A stretch of DNA of 63,803 bases, counting the filler, from Welwitschia mirabilis (lineage: Eukaryota): NCBI GenBank assembly GCA_051453625.1. It is 6 parts of one record of this genome, joined end to end, with 100 filler letters (N's around TTAATTAATTAA, not from the genome) between each part and the next. Parts side by side here need not be neighbours in the genome. Positions count along the whole stretch, not along the records: positions 15,503 to 46,258 come from JBOZIK010000001.1; 5 more parts are not named here. One strand, 5' to 3'. Under the pieces are notes generated by a model, which saw only the letters and a program-made list of their open reading frames with translations, had not been told where the DNA came from and searched no databases. The position numbers were made by a program, and so were the translations under genes. This document shows, one piece after another, positions 27,601 through 40,022 of the stretch (the first letter of the stretch is position 1; every line of letters starts with the position of its first letter).

Positions 27601-30600
27601 AATGGCTAAATAATGAGTCAAAATTAAAGCAGGCATTCATAAATGAGATAGAATCATGATAAATGTTTATGCATGAATCCATAAAAGATAGAAGAATATC
27701 AACACTAGTGTTGAAATTAATACATTTAAAATCAGCAATTTCTTATTCCTTAGCTTATTTCTGTTTACTTAACAACTTATGCAAGATATTATTTTGGGTT
27801 AAAGATAAAGATGGATTAGAGGCCATTAGAGAAGGTAAATGATCATCAAGACAATTATTATAAGATGGTTTTAAAGACACAATGAACTTATTTTTCTCAT
27901 TAAATTTTATATCTTACTCAAATAATAAGGATGAAAATGTCTATATTGGTTCAAGAGTTTATTAAGAAAAACTTTTTAAGGGATGGATCATGTTTAAACT
28001 CTTGGCTAATGTTCTCCTCTTCATTAAGGTTGTGGAAATTATTCTTCAAAAGGTCACATAGGTAATAAAGATTTTAGTTCAAAGGTATGTTCATTTTCTA
28101 TTTCATTAATATCACTTTCATCCTCTAATGTATAACTTTTTAGTTTTCCATCTCCCTTAAGTGGATACTTACTTACTAAGGATTGATCATCATCATTTGA
28201 TGTATCTAATCCTACTCCCAATTATAGTTTATTTGCACCTTATCGATTACTTACTAATGCATGTTTAAATGTAGGGTTATCTTGGATATCATTGTTGGTC
28301 TTATCATGGGATTCTTCCTCATTCCTAATAGATGTGGTTTGAATTTCATTAATTTTTATTTCATTAATTACTTTAAATTTTTCAAGGCTTGTAGTTTCAT
28401 GGAACATAGGAAGGTTTTTTTTACTTGTTCTTTATCAAGAACCCTAAGGATTTGATCACTAGTTTTAGCCATTTATTAACAAAGTTGCTTAAGATTTCCA
28501 TTCATTTTCTTAGTTGTTTCTTATAAATAATAAGAATATAATTCAAATGTGTTAAAATAAGATCCAAAAAACATCTTTTATAAATCTCTAAAAGGTATTT
28601 TGAAAGGAAGGTAAGGTGGATTATTAAATAGGTGAAGATGACAGGCATTAGTCAAATGATAAAGGATATAAAAAATGAAATGAAGGATTAGAATTAAAGA
28701 ATGATAAATATGAAGTTGATGGATATGAATTATAAGAGTTAGTGGAAGGCATGTAATCAAATTATTTTGGATTGATATATTAATTTTGGAATCCATAATT
28801 GTAGTGAAGTTGATTCTTGTATGGAGTGGTTTGAGGATATACTTCAAAGATCTGTCTCAGTCATTAGAACTATTCTATAGTGCATTTGGTTGATCTTGAT
28901 TTTTAAAACCATAAGGATAAATAAGTTTAAATTTAGCATGTGTCTAAAATGGATTAGAAGCTCAATCCATTTTTTAAGTTTAAGAAAATAATTAACAATT
29001 TATGTTAAGAGTTCATATTTTCTAGAATTTTCTCAGTTTTAGAGGAAGCTTATAAGTCGAAATAGTTCAAAGAGGTTAGAAAAGGTTTTAGTTTAAGTTT
29101 TTTAGTGTTTAGAGTAGGAAAGTCAATGGTGCTAGTCAAAGAAGGTAGTAGTTCCAATTTGGTTGAGTAGAAAAAATTTTAAAAAAAAGATATAGGATTC
29201 ATGTAGTCCATGTAAAAGGTTTTAAGTTATAAGGTATGAAAAAATTTTAACAGGAACTCAAAATAATTGTATCTTAAAAATTTACAAGTTTAGAAAAGAC
29301 CTTATACATTTTTACTTTTTCTCAAAATTCTAATAGGATTTATAAAATAGAAATAAAAATTTAGAGAATGAAAAATTATAGAATTGTATAAAAATAAAAC
29401 ATATAAAATAAATTATTATAATTTAATTCAATTTTGATTCATAATATTAGGTTTTAGTTGCATTTATAAGAAAGTTGTTAGACTTATAACATAAAAATAT
29501 TAGATATAAAAATGAATTTCAAATGTTAGAATAAATAACGAAACATAAAAATTTGGACCATCTTGGGATTTACTAAATAAAGTCTAGTACCTTCTACTAG
29601 AAGGAAAAAACACACATAAAAAAGAGGAAAGAACTAGTTTAGGTATCACTAGAAAATGGACCAGTACTCAAAAATAAAAAATAAAAATTAACTAAAAATA
29701 TTACAAGAAGAATATCATGTACCTTGAAAAAATTATTATGCTAATATATCCTTAGTAATAATGTCAAAAATCTAATTATAGCTTTATAGGATCTAAATTT
29801 ATCTAATTTCACATTTAGAATTATTCTTCCATAGGGATATATGTGGTAACTTTTACAAAAGTGATATAAAAATTCTAGCTTGTAATGGAAACTTAAATAA
29901 AATAAATTATATCTTGTAATGGAAACTGATGCAAGGGATCAAAGATGCTCTAAGAATCTAACTGATTTGTTTAACTCTCCACCTTTACTCTAATGATTTT
30001 TGTATCCTATACTTAAAAGTTAAATAAGCTCATTTAAAGATTACTAATAACAAAGAAATTATTTAATAACAATGAAAGCATGAGACCTACTTGATAATTA
30101 GTCATACCTAAATATTGCTAATGCCAAATGAATTTGCAATAATAATGAAAGGATTAAAACTAATTTTAAAAGTAGTCTTACCTAAATATTACTAATGTCA
30201 AATAAAATGTGTAGTTAGAATGAAAGGGTTTAAATCAATTCTTATGTTGAAATCTAAAAGGAATATGCATTATATCGATGGAGAGGAAGAAAAGGAGAAA
30301 CTCCTCAACTAGCCTTAGATCATTCTGCCCTCAAGAAAGGTTATCAAAGCACTAGGATATCTTAGCCTTTAAGCCTTCCCCACATTAAGCCAATCCAAAG
30401 TTGTTTACAATGGGTGCTTAAGGTCCTTTATAGATGAGGGAAGGCTTAAAGTCTATGTCATGATTACATTAGATGGTAATTACATAAGAGAGTTTACTTA
30501 AGGGTGATTACATAAGGAGGGAGTTACAAATATATTTAACATGTAACCACAAGAAATGATTCTCTGTCTCTTTATGAAAACATGATAATGACTTGTCCTT

Positions 30601-31052
30601 TGACTACTAATGCTGATGTTAATGGATTCCATGTCATGTTTCTTTCACATGATCATCCTTGTTATCATTACATGCTATTGTGATGTGTCATCTTATACTT
30701 TCATCACATCTTATTAGGATTAAAGATTTATTTAGAATTAATTATGACTCAGCCCATAAGTTCAACGTGATTATTTCTAAAAATGGGTTGAAGAACATGA
30801 GTTTTATAGTAGTTTACCTTAGAAGGCAGGTAACACTAGTAGTCTTAGCTCGCAAGACTAGCATTTAGCACTAGAATTTTGTCATTTTGTACAAAGTATT
30901 TCCAAAGGCTATAATATACCTTCTCATGTAAAGGGAAGTTAAAAATTTCATAGAAAACATTAATATTTAATAAACCCATGAATTTAATATTTCTTCCTAT
31001 TCTAAACTGATCAATCCTTCTTTCTTATAATGTCAATTTTTACATGTAAATA
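24636..31052 (-). mobile_element. Two-LTR, pol-less (LARD-like) family B-related element nested in pol
   Basis: Direct repeats 24636-25828 and 29773-31052; decayed PBS 29749-29766; flanks CTAGT/CTACG; 3' region 25829-26945 homologous to 20727-22045; no RT, RNase H or INT motifs seen in the 3.9 kb interior. Confidence 0.85.
27403..27706. repeat. Diverged ~140-165 bp tandem duplication; smaller duplications nearby (33 bp at 26913/27005; 33 bp tandem at ~27135-27200)
   Basis: The unit AAAAATTTTTAGA.GGATTTTC...ATGGCTAAATAATGAGT...CATAAAAGAT occurs twice. Confidence 0.85.
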
Positions 31053-33991
31053 CTACGGTTAATGCCTCTACTTTTAGAAATGATCTATCTAATTAATTGT
31101 TTATGTTTTTTTAAGAGATTTAGTAGTTTAATTTTCTAGTATGAATAGAAAGAAAAATTGATTACCATCAAAAAAAGTAAAATATTCTTCTAAGAAGGGA
31201 TACTAAAAGTTGTTAGGAAGTAATTTAAGGTTAATGTGGGCTTCATTTTATGTTAGGATGTAGAGTTCTTATTTTGAGCAGAGCTAAAGCTTGGTTATCA
31301 TAAAGGCGAGTGGAAGATTCTTAGTAATTAAGAATATCTTTTATTTTATCCATTTGTTTAATTTTTCATTACTAGAACTTAGTTTCATGATATAAAAAAC
31401 ATTTAATTCTATTGTCATATTACCAAAAGATTTTTTTCATCAGACCATTCCTACAGTTAATTAAGTAATTATATCTTGTTACAAAATGTCTGCTTATGAT
31501 GATAAGAACTAATGAATTACTTATGTTCGCTATATCTAAAATAATAGTTGTCTACCCTAATAATAACATCTTCGATTATTTCTAATAGAGTTTTCAAGGA
31601 ATTATTAGGAGCTTGATGTTTTTAAGCTCTTCCAAGTCTAATTATTTTTAAATACTATAAGGAATCATGTTTATACTAAACCCTAAGTCTAATAAGACTT
31701 TGTTAAGTGTTTGTTTTGAATGATAATGGCAATTATTAGGTAGTCAGAGTTCTTGTATTTGGGAGGAAATTGGTTTTGAAGTATCACACAAGGAAATTGG
31801 TTTTAAAGTATCACACTAGTTTATTGCACTTAAAAAGCTCTACTTTTAACATTTATTTGTCTATTTACTATAAACATATCTTTGAGAAACTTTGTGTAAG
31901 AACAAAATTTCTTAATTACTTCTAAGATAGATATGACTTCTTTGAATATTTCTAATGCCTCTAACTATTTCTTCATATTTTTTTCCTTTCTAAGTTGCTA
32001 AAGAATGGGTAGAATTTCTTTATAAGTTGGCAAGGGCTTTTCTAATTTTTCTACTATTTTGTCCTTCTCTTTGATTTTGTGGGTGTTGATTCCTCTTCAT
32101 TTTGGTATTACTCGAATTGATTATTCAACTCTTTTCCACTTCTAAGATGAATGGCCTTGGTTTCTTTGATTTAAATAGGATCAAATTCTTCCATGAATTT
32201 AATTTCTTTTGGGTTTGATTATAATCTTATAAGGAGTTTACTAAGTTTTCTTTAAGTTAAAGAATAGAGAATTTGGATTTTGATTTACTCAAGTATATTA
32301 AGAAAGGAAGTTTATGATTGTATGATATGTTCTAAATCATTCAAGAAGGAGGAATGTTGCTTAAGAGTTTTTTCATAATAATGGATAACTTGGGTTGGGA
32401 TTTCCATTATTTTCTTTAAGAATTTATCCAATGGAGTAGATGATGAGGGTTATTAGTGATTTGATGGAAATGAATGGAAGGATGATGATGAAAATAAATT
32501 TCTTAATTGATTGTTATAGGTTTGATTATATGATTTATCCTATTTTCAAGAAAAATTGGGAAGATTCCTCCACTAGGGGTTGCAGGTATTTGAATACTAG
32601 TTATTTTTCTGATTCCACTAATGGAATGCTACTGCATTAATTTATTTATTTACTATATTTTAAAATAATGGTATGAAAGGATACTTAGCTATCTCATGTA
32701 AGTCTATGTAGTAGATTAATCACTCAAGTCTAGAGGTTAAAGGTTTAGATAAGGTGGAAAGAAATTCTACTCTTCTAGTCAACTCATTTATCCTATTATC
32801 AATCTCAAAGTTATTATGTATCTTGAACACACTAGTAGACCTAATAGAATGTTGGAATTTGGATGGTTCACTAGGATTTTCTTAGTTTATAAAACTTGTG
32901 CCTATAGTTTCAAGGTAATTCCAACCTTTATTTAATGAAAAGATTAGGAAAATGTCTCTATTAATCATTTAAACTAATTATCCATTATTTTTTAATAAAC
33001 TCTTATAAAAGAAACTAATTATTTTATGTGGCTCAAATCCATATTGGTGGGCATTTTTAAATCAAGTTCTTAAACCTCTCTAAGGCTTATGAGAAATTTT
33101 CATGATCCTTCTATTGATAGTTTATAATCTCTTACCTTAAATAATTGGTTTTATGATTTAGAAATGATTTTAAAATAAAATCTTTATTTATTAATTTTTC
33201 AAGTTATGATGGATAGATTTTTAAGAGTATGAAGTCAAGATTTATCTTTTTCCTTAAGGAAGAATGAGAAAAGAATGAGTCTAAGATATAGGTGTTGGGG
33301 TATTGCAATATAGTAGATAGCACACATTTAAATTCATTGAGGTGTAGGTAAGAGTCTTCACATTATAAGCCATGAAAATGGAGAAGTAACTATATATTAG
33401 ATGGATTAAACTCTAGCCTATGTGTTATTAGTAATTGGACTATGCATGAATGGGTACCTAAGCATAAGATTGTAAGTAATCACAAAGGGATTACTTATGG
33501 GAATTGTCAGATTAATTTTGTGATATGTTTTGACTAATGTTTTAGGATTTTTTTGACTAAGATAGTAGGCCTTTAGATTGTCTAATAATTCCTCATTTGA
33601 TTAGAAATTGTTATTAATGAAAAGGCTTGAAAGTTAGATTAGGTATTTAGGTTTTATTATTGGAAGATGAAAGCCTTTTCTTCTTGGGTATTATGATGAG
33701 ATTAGTTTCTAGATGATATTCTCTCTTATTTATTATTGCTAGTATTAGGATCATGTTTTTAATAAAAGATATTATAATTAGGTGATGTAATTCATTTTAG
33801 ATATAATGCATACAAATTTTAGAAGATTTTTAAATGGGGCTTAATTAATAGAAAGTTTTCTGATAGATCAGAAAGATTTTGAGAAATGTTTTAGTGTTTG
33901 CATAGAAATGCTAATAGGGCTAGTGAGGGAAGATGATGTCATTAGCTTGTTTAAGGTTATAACATTGAGAAAAAAATAGAGATTCATAAGG

Positions 33992-35606
33992 TGTCGCAAC
34001 CCATTCTTAGGTTTAAATTTAAGAAGCGTAATTTTTTAATTAATTAAATTACATTACATGATTAGACATCTCATAGAACAATTAGGTTACAACTAAGGGA
34101 TATACCTCTCAATTACCCATAGACTACACCTTAGCAGAACTATATAATTATAATTTACCTAACCAACACTACATCTAAGTCAAGCTTATTTAGAAAGCTT
34201 GATTAGAAACATACAAAAAAAGTGTGTAAGTCACAGTTAAGTGGTTGATTATACCAATAACTAAGCAATCATCCTTATGTATCCTCATCTAGAGGATTTT
34301 AGACCATATGTAATTCTATCATGGACCTCATTCCAATCTCTAACAATACATATGAGCATAAGATAGATCAAAGTGGTCCATACCAATAGGCATATAAGCA
34401 AAATATGCATGACACAATGCAAGAATAATATAAGAACTCAATGTTAGACTTAACAAGAGTATGATGACAATTGAATCAAACCAATACTAAATGATATTAC
34501 ACATATATAATCATACATATGCATAACAACTATATGTAAAAGTATAGGAGGTAACTAGTTAAGAACTCTCAAGGTTACAACACCTATCTCTAATAAGAAA
34601 TTTTAATGTATGAATGATGATAATGCATACATAAGCATAAGAGAATTCTTCCACATCTTAGTGAGAGACAATGGGAGGGAAGTATCATAATAGAATGTCA
34701 TTATAGTAGACACATGCAAAAATGATGATTAACACACATGCACATACACACACATGTTCCATTTTAACAGGTTACCTCATAGCTACTCCTTTTATAATAC
34801 AACATATTAAATCTAATAATATATAAACATTAAATACTATAAGAAACTAGCTAATATGCTATGATTAAATCTCTAGTCTTAATAGACTTAAATTAAATGA
34901 TAGAGACAACTAATTAAATGCCTAGTTATTTTAATGAGCATCATAGAAAAATCACTAATATTATATCATTTTGTATACAAAATAACAAATGACTATCTAA
35001 GACATTTTATTCATACACATTAACATGCAACAAAATACATATTCAAGAGTACATATCTAGAATGTATTAAGTCATATTAGAAGTAATCTTAATTATTAAG
35101 AAATGTGCTAGCTTACATCATTACATAACTATAACATGCATACATGATTTCATTAAATCACACAAACACATACCATTATAGTAGGGGAAACGTATACTTG
35201 CTCCTTTTATAATGCTAATGTAATAAAACTATTTTTAGAAATTAAAATACTTGTAATGCTAATAAAGTAGTAAAATAAATTCAATAATATTATTTGGTAC
35301 CTATATATATAAAATATATATCAAAAACTATTAATTATAATTATCTTTTTTTAGTTTAATAACTTAAAACATTTCATTACTTATAATTATATTTTAATAT
35401 TAGTATCATATAAAATTAATAATGACTTTTTTTTAGCATAAGTATAATATCATAAACATATCATACATAACCAAAATTGTATAACATATCATACATTTAA
35501 CTCTTAAAAAGAAAACATGTTTAAGTATGAAAACATAAACATTTTGGCAATCTAACTAGTGGTTGCTCCTCCTTCATTTACGGGATCATGGATTAGAACG
35601 TTTAGA
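33992..35606. mobile_element. End of a long-LTR-like repeat (family G, lineage uncertain)
   Basis: Starts abruptly with TGTCGCAACCC. 34050-34700 aligns with 49740-50460 (e.g. CAATTACCCATAGA.TACACCT, ATAGGAGG...AGGTTACAACA). Confidence 0.6.
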
Positions 35607-37351
35607 TGTTGTGTCTAGCACTAACAATTAGTGAACTTAAAGGAAAGAGGTGAATGAAATCTACAAATAAAAATCATGATTGAATTAAAATAAAAATACA
35701 CAATAAAGACCTTACCAAATTAACTAGGTTCCCCAACCTTGATATGTCTACACATAAACAGTAGCTTTTTTCACACCTTTGGACATTCTTAACCTATAAA
35801 ACAGTGGTTTTATAGCATTACCAATCTTACATACAAATGAGATGCTTCTCATAGGACAACAATCTCTTTTCCTTAAGGAATACAATAGATAAAAATAAAT
35901 TTGTTCTTATAAATACTTAAGGAAGCACATCCACACAAGGGTTTTCTTATAGTTTGGAATCCAAGTAAGGATTTTAAAGATAATAAATGAATTCAAAAAT
36001 CTAATAGTCTTGTAAAGAAGTGTCAATAAATAATTCTACCAAAAAGGAAACAATAGGCCTAAAAGATATTACTTTGATGAAATGCTAGAGTTCTCCTTGT
36101 TGTAGTCATCCATAAGTATCTAAGGTTAGGATGATGTCACTGTGAAAAAGCCAATGATTAAGCAATGTACTAACTAAATGGTTCTCTTCATCAAGGTCAT
36201 AGAAATCTTCATGTGTAGTACCAATCACTCATTTATGTAAACATTTTTGTTTACACTTTATTCCTTTTATAATTTTAATGCCTTCCTTGCCTTTACCCTA
36301 GAGAGATAATCATTTGAAAATGTTTAAATGCTATGCAATACCTAAAAATGGCTAAGATTTGGTTATTTATTAGCTATGTTATTTTTTCATTAATTTTTTG
36401 AGGTAGATGTATTTGACATAGTAGATTTCTCTATTAGGTAGATGTCATTACCTTAAAAGATTTTTTTGGTCAAACTACCTAGATTTTAATAAGACTTAAA
36501 CTATTGCATTTTTTACCGTTAAAGATCATGAATTTAATGTGTAAAAGTTATTTAATGTGTAAAAGATATCTAATTTCTTATAATGTAGATAATTCATTAT
36601 AGTATAATTTTTCTTTATTACCTATATTAGTTCAAAATAGACATCTTTAATTCCATAGATGTCTTCTAATAGTTGGAGTAATATAGACATCTTTAATTTG
36701 CTAGATGTCTTTTATATATCTCAGCTTCTTAATTTAGTATAGACATCTTTGATGTGATAGACATTTTTTCATGTGATGAACTCTAATTTAATCTATACAA
36801 CTTTGATCTCGTAGATGTCTTTACCATAGATGTCTTCAACTATGCAAACATATTTAGTCAATTGTATTTTTCCTTTATGAATTCTAAGTTAATGATTTGT
36901 GTATTTTGAAATTTTAGGTTTGACTATTTGATCCTATTTAAAATTAATTATTCTTCAATTTTTTCTATCTAAACACTAGATATGTCACATTTTGATAAGT
37001 AAAATCATCAAAACTAGGATTTTACCAATAATATCCCTCTTTTTAATGATGTCTAAAACTTGGTAAATTGTATTAGTATAATCATGTTTTAAACTTTACT
37101 TAAGATAACTTATTCCAAGAGAAGACATAGTGTATTACATGAAGCATGTTATAAATTTTAAAAAATAAAAATGTTTGATAATCATATTGATAACTATTTG
37201 CAAGATAGTAACTAAGATGTGATGTAAACAAACTTGAAATGCAAAAAACATGTCAAAACATAAATTATATTACATACAAGAAGAAGTTGATTAATATATA
37301 ATAAAAAAATTAGAAATCATCATGAAATATATGTTAATATAACAAAGTAAG
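35607..37351 (-). mobile_element. Sirevirus-like Copia 3' end: 3' LTR 35607-37030, PPT 37031-37046, short stretch of 3' UTR
   Basis: Minus strand reads CATCATTAAAAAGAGGGATAT followed by TATTGGTAAAATCCTAGTTTTGATGAT (cf. SIRE AAAAAGGGGGAGAT-TGTT...GTTTTGATGAT). ATTCACCTCTTTCC lies near the LTR end ...ACACAACA. Palindrome array in U3. Confidence 0.75.
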
Positions 37352-40022
37352 TGTTGCAATGTGTATTTATGCAATTGTTATGTCCTTGGTCAAATCCTAT
37401 CAATTAGAAATACTTACATAAACACAACACACTAATGTAGATGAGAGTCAACCTAAATATTGTAATCCATCGAAGACACTAGGCTCGAAGCTAAAAATTT
37501 GATTTAAGTAATGCATTTTTGTATTTTTATTTTAGATTCAATAATAAAAATAAAAATGCAATAAATTAAACATACTATGTAATGAAAAATACTCTAAATC
37601 AATATCTATTCGACTACCAAATCTTTGTCATCAAGATCAACCCTATATATCCTAAATTAATCAATAAAACTATTACAAACCCTAACTAAACTAAGCTATC
37701 AAGCACATTGAACAAAATATGAAAAACATATAATCAATTAGCCATAAAATATAAAATATAATGCAATGCAATTCTAAACTAATGATTTCAACCTTAATAA
37801 AGGTTTTCCTTAATAACTTATATCAATTATAAAGCTACCACAAAATCATAACCAACATAAATCATAAGGGACATTTACATGAGTAAAATTAAAAGAAGAC
37901 TTTTATTATTTTTGAACTAACATTGTATTATAAATCAGTAACACCTTAATGAAGAATACATAGCTCAATACCAAGGAAGACTCCTCTTTTCAACTAATGG
38001 ATAAACCTCCTATCCTTCGATCTTTTGTCATGAGAATTTCTAGTGTAAAGAAGATAATCAAAGTCAATGATAAAGTTGGTATTTATTTACAACAATAGAC
38101 TCTAGAAATAGCAAATCTAATATATGCAATAGAAACCCTAATGATACGTAAGAGGCACATCACACACTACATAATTTGGTGAAGTTTGGTGCATTAGCTA
38201 ATTTTATTTGTTATCTTGATTGTTATCTAGATGATGGTGAGGATGATATCATATCATGATAAGTTTCATATTTAGCTTTTATTATTAATATAGTTAGCAT
38301 CCTTGTCAACATATAGTTAGTGTTATTCATCCTATCATTTAGATGATGGAAAGAATAATAGTCTTTTTTATGCTCTTCATCAAGTTAAATTAACCTCATA
38401 GATCATTACTTCCTCCTTATAATGTGAAGTATTATAAATCATCCAAAATATCTTCAAATGTGCTAGTGATTGTGCATTTTTATGATTTTTTTTGACTCTT
38501 AATAATCATCATTTTCTACCTAAACTTGTCTAAATGTTTGTAAAACTACTCAAAATATCCCATCAAAAACATACAATTTGGTATCACAACATAGCCTTCC
38601 ACTTAGCCTTGTCAATCCCTAACAAAATTGGTAAACAACTATAATTTTGAGTTAAATTGACTATGATAAACATTAACTAGGGATATGTAAATCAAGTTTA
38701 GAAATTGCATTATGTAGAATCAAATCTCAAAAAATAATAAACTGAATGTATTATCTTGATAGATATTGTAGTCATGCTATCATTTAATGTGTTATCCTAG
38801 ATGATTATGGGGATGACAGGCTTTTGTAAATTAGTCTATAAAATTAAATGCCTATAACTATACTCATTAGAAAACAAGTTAAGGCACTTATCCAAGAATT
38901 AGAACCCCACTTAAAACTTTTAGCACATCAAAAAGTCAAAGTAAATGTTATAACAAAGAGAGTTATCATAATATATAACCATGATACCTTAGGTAAATGA
39001 TGCATATGTACAATCAGAAAAATTAATAACTCCAAAAATGATATTCATAAATCAAACATTAAGTTTTTAAGCATAAGCTATGAGGGTAACTATATCAAAA
39101 ATAATCATAACATTATTTTCTCATCTATGGTACCATGAATTGCTTGGACTGCCTCTACAAGAAAACAAACTACAAGTATTCTATTATCAAGTACATGATT
39201 TAGTAATAATATCCATAATGTATATTACTTAAATAATAGAAATTTAGAATCATATTAGTACACTATAGATATGTCTCATAAAACTGTAAAAATAACCCTT
39301 AAAAATCTAAAATTTTTACTCAAAGTATCTCGAAATATATGTCTTACCCCTATAGGTAAATTAATATGTCCCCTATTGCATTAACATAAGAAAAAAAAAA
39401 GATGAATATGTAAATTAAGTAGAAATAAGCAAAATGAATGTCTTGGAAGTATTATTCTATGTATGAAAGAAGGCCAAAAATAGTTGGAAAAAGATGAAAC
39501 ATTAAAAATAAGGATGTGAAAAAAAATATCAGTACATCATTCACCTAAGCGTCTAAATGATAAGGAGGACAACAAGGCTTTTCAAATATTAGAAAAATGG
39601 AAAGTATCAACAGAAGAAGTTAAGCTCAGAAGGTATGGTGGAGGTCATAGAAAGTTATCAAAAAGTCCAAAAGATGGAAAATGGCTAAGAATTATGATGA
39701 ATAAGGCATGATAAAGGATATGAATTTATAATGCATCAAGCTAAGAAAGATTCTAAAATGTACCATGAACTCATAATTATTATATGGTCAAAAGTCAAAA
39801 AGGTTATTAAAGAACTAAACTTGAAAAGGTGCAAAATTTATCATCATAAACTAAAGAAATATTACTTGTGAAAAAGAAAATAGTCTTTTATAAAGAAAAC
39901 CTACAAAATAGAAATCAACAAAGAAACTGCTAAATGATCAAGTCCTATGTATTTGTGATGGAAACGTATAGAAATGACTTTGAAATATTAATGTTCTATC
40001 AAATTATATGTATTTGATGAAG
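37352..40022 (-). mobile_element. 3' part of a family A element: 3' LTR 37352-38591 and 3' region
   Basis: Plus-strand termini TGTTGCAATG...GTATCACAACA. The minus-strand tract GACAAGGCTAAGTGGAAGGCTA precedes the LTR, as at 6406-6427. Confidence 0.8.

Larger units (their letters stand above)
19461..33991 (-). mobile_element. Athila-type Gypsy element (family B): 3' LTR 19461-20726, 3' region, INT ~22150-23300, RNase H, RT to 24635, then (after an insertion) protease and gag 31053-33500; 5' end interrupted at 33992
   Basis: INT: KWIEACTYRYNNAKTIMKLFKENILMRFG. RNase H ORF 23439-23729: EKDLL..V..LEKFRWYLVGYKVIIYIDH..L.YL. RT: CVEISMDYISI (ORF 24086-24307). Gag: FHGL..EDSYLHLNEF at ~33330-33380. 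The pol frame (GINP.ICMHHIH-like) rejoins across the 24636-31052 insertion. Confidence 0.85.

Noticed and set aside
36630..36840. Regularly spaced palindromes as a CRISPR-like array
   Set aside because: The repeats are 8-10 bp, the spacers are related to each other, the context is a eukaryotic LTR and there are no cas genes.
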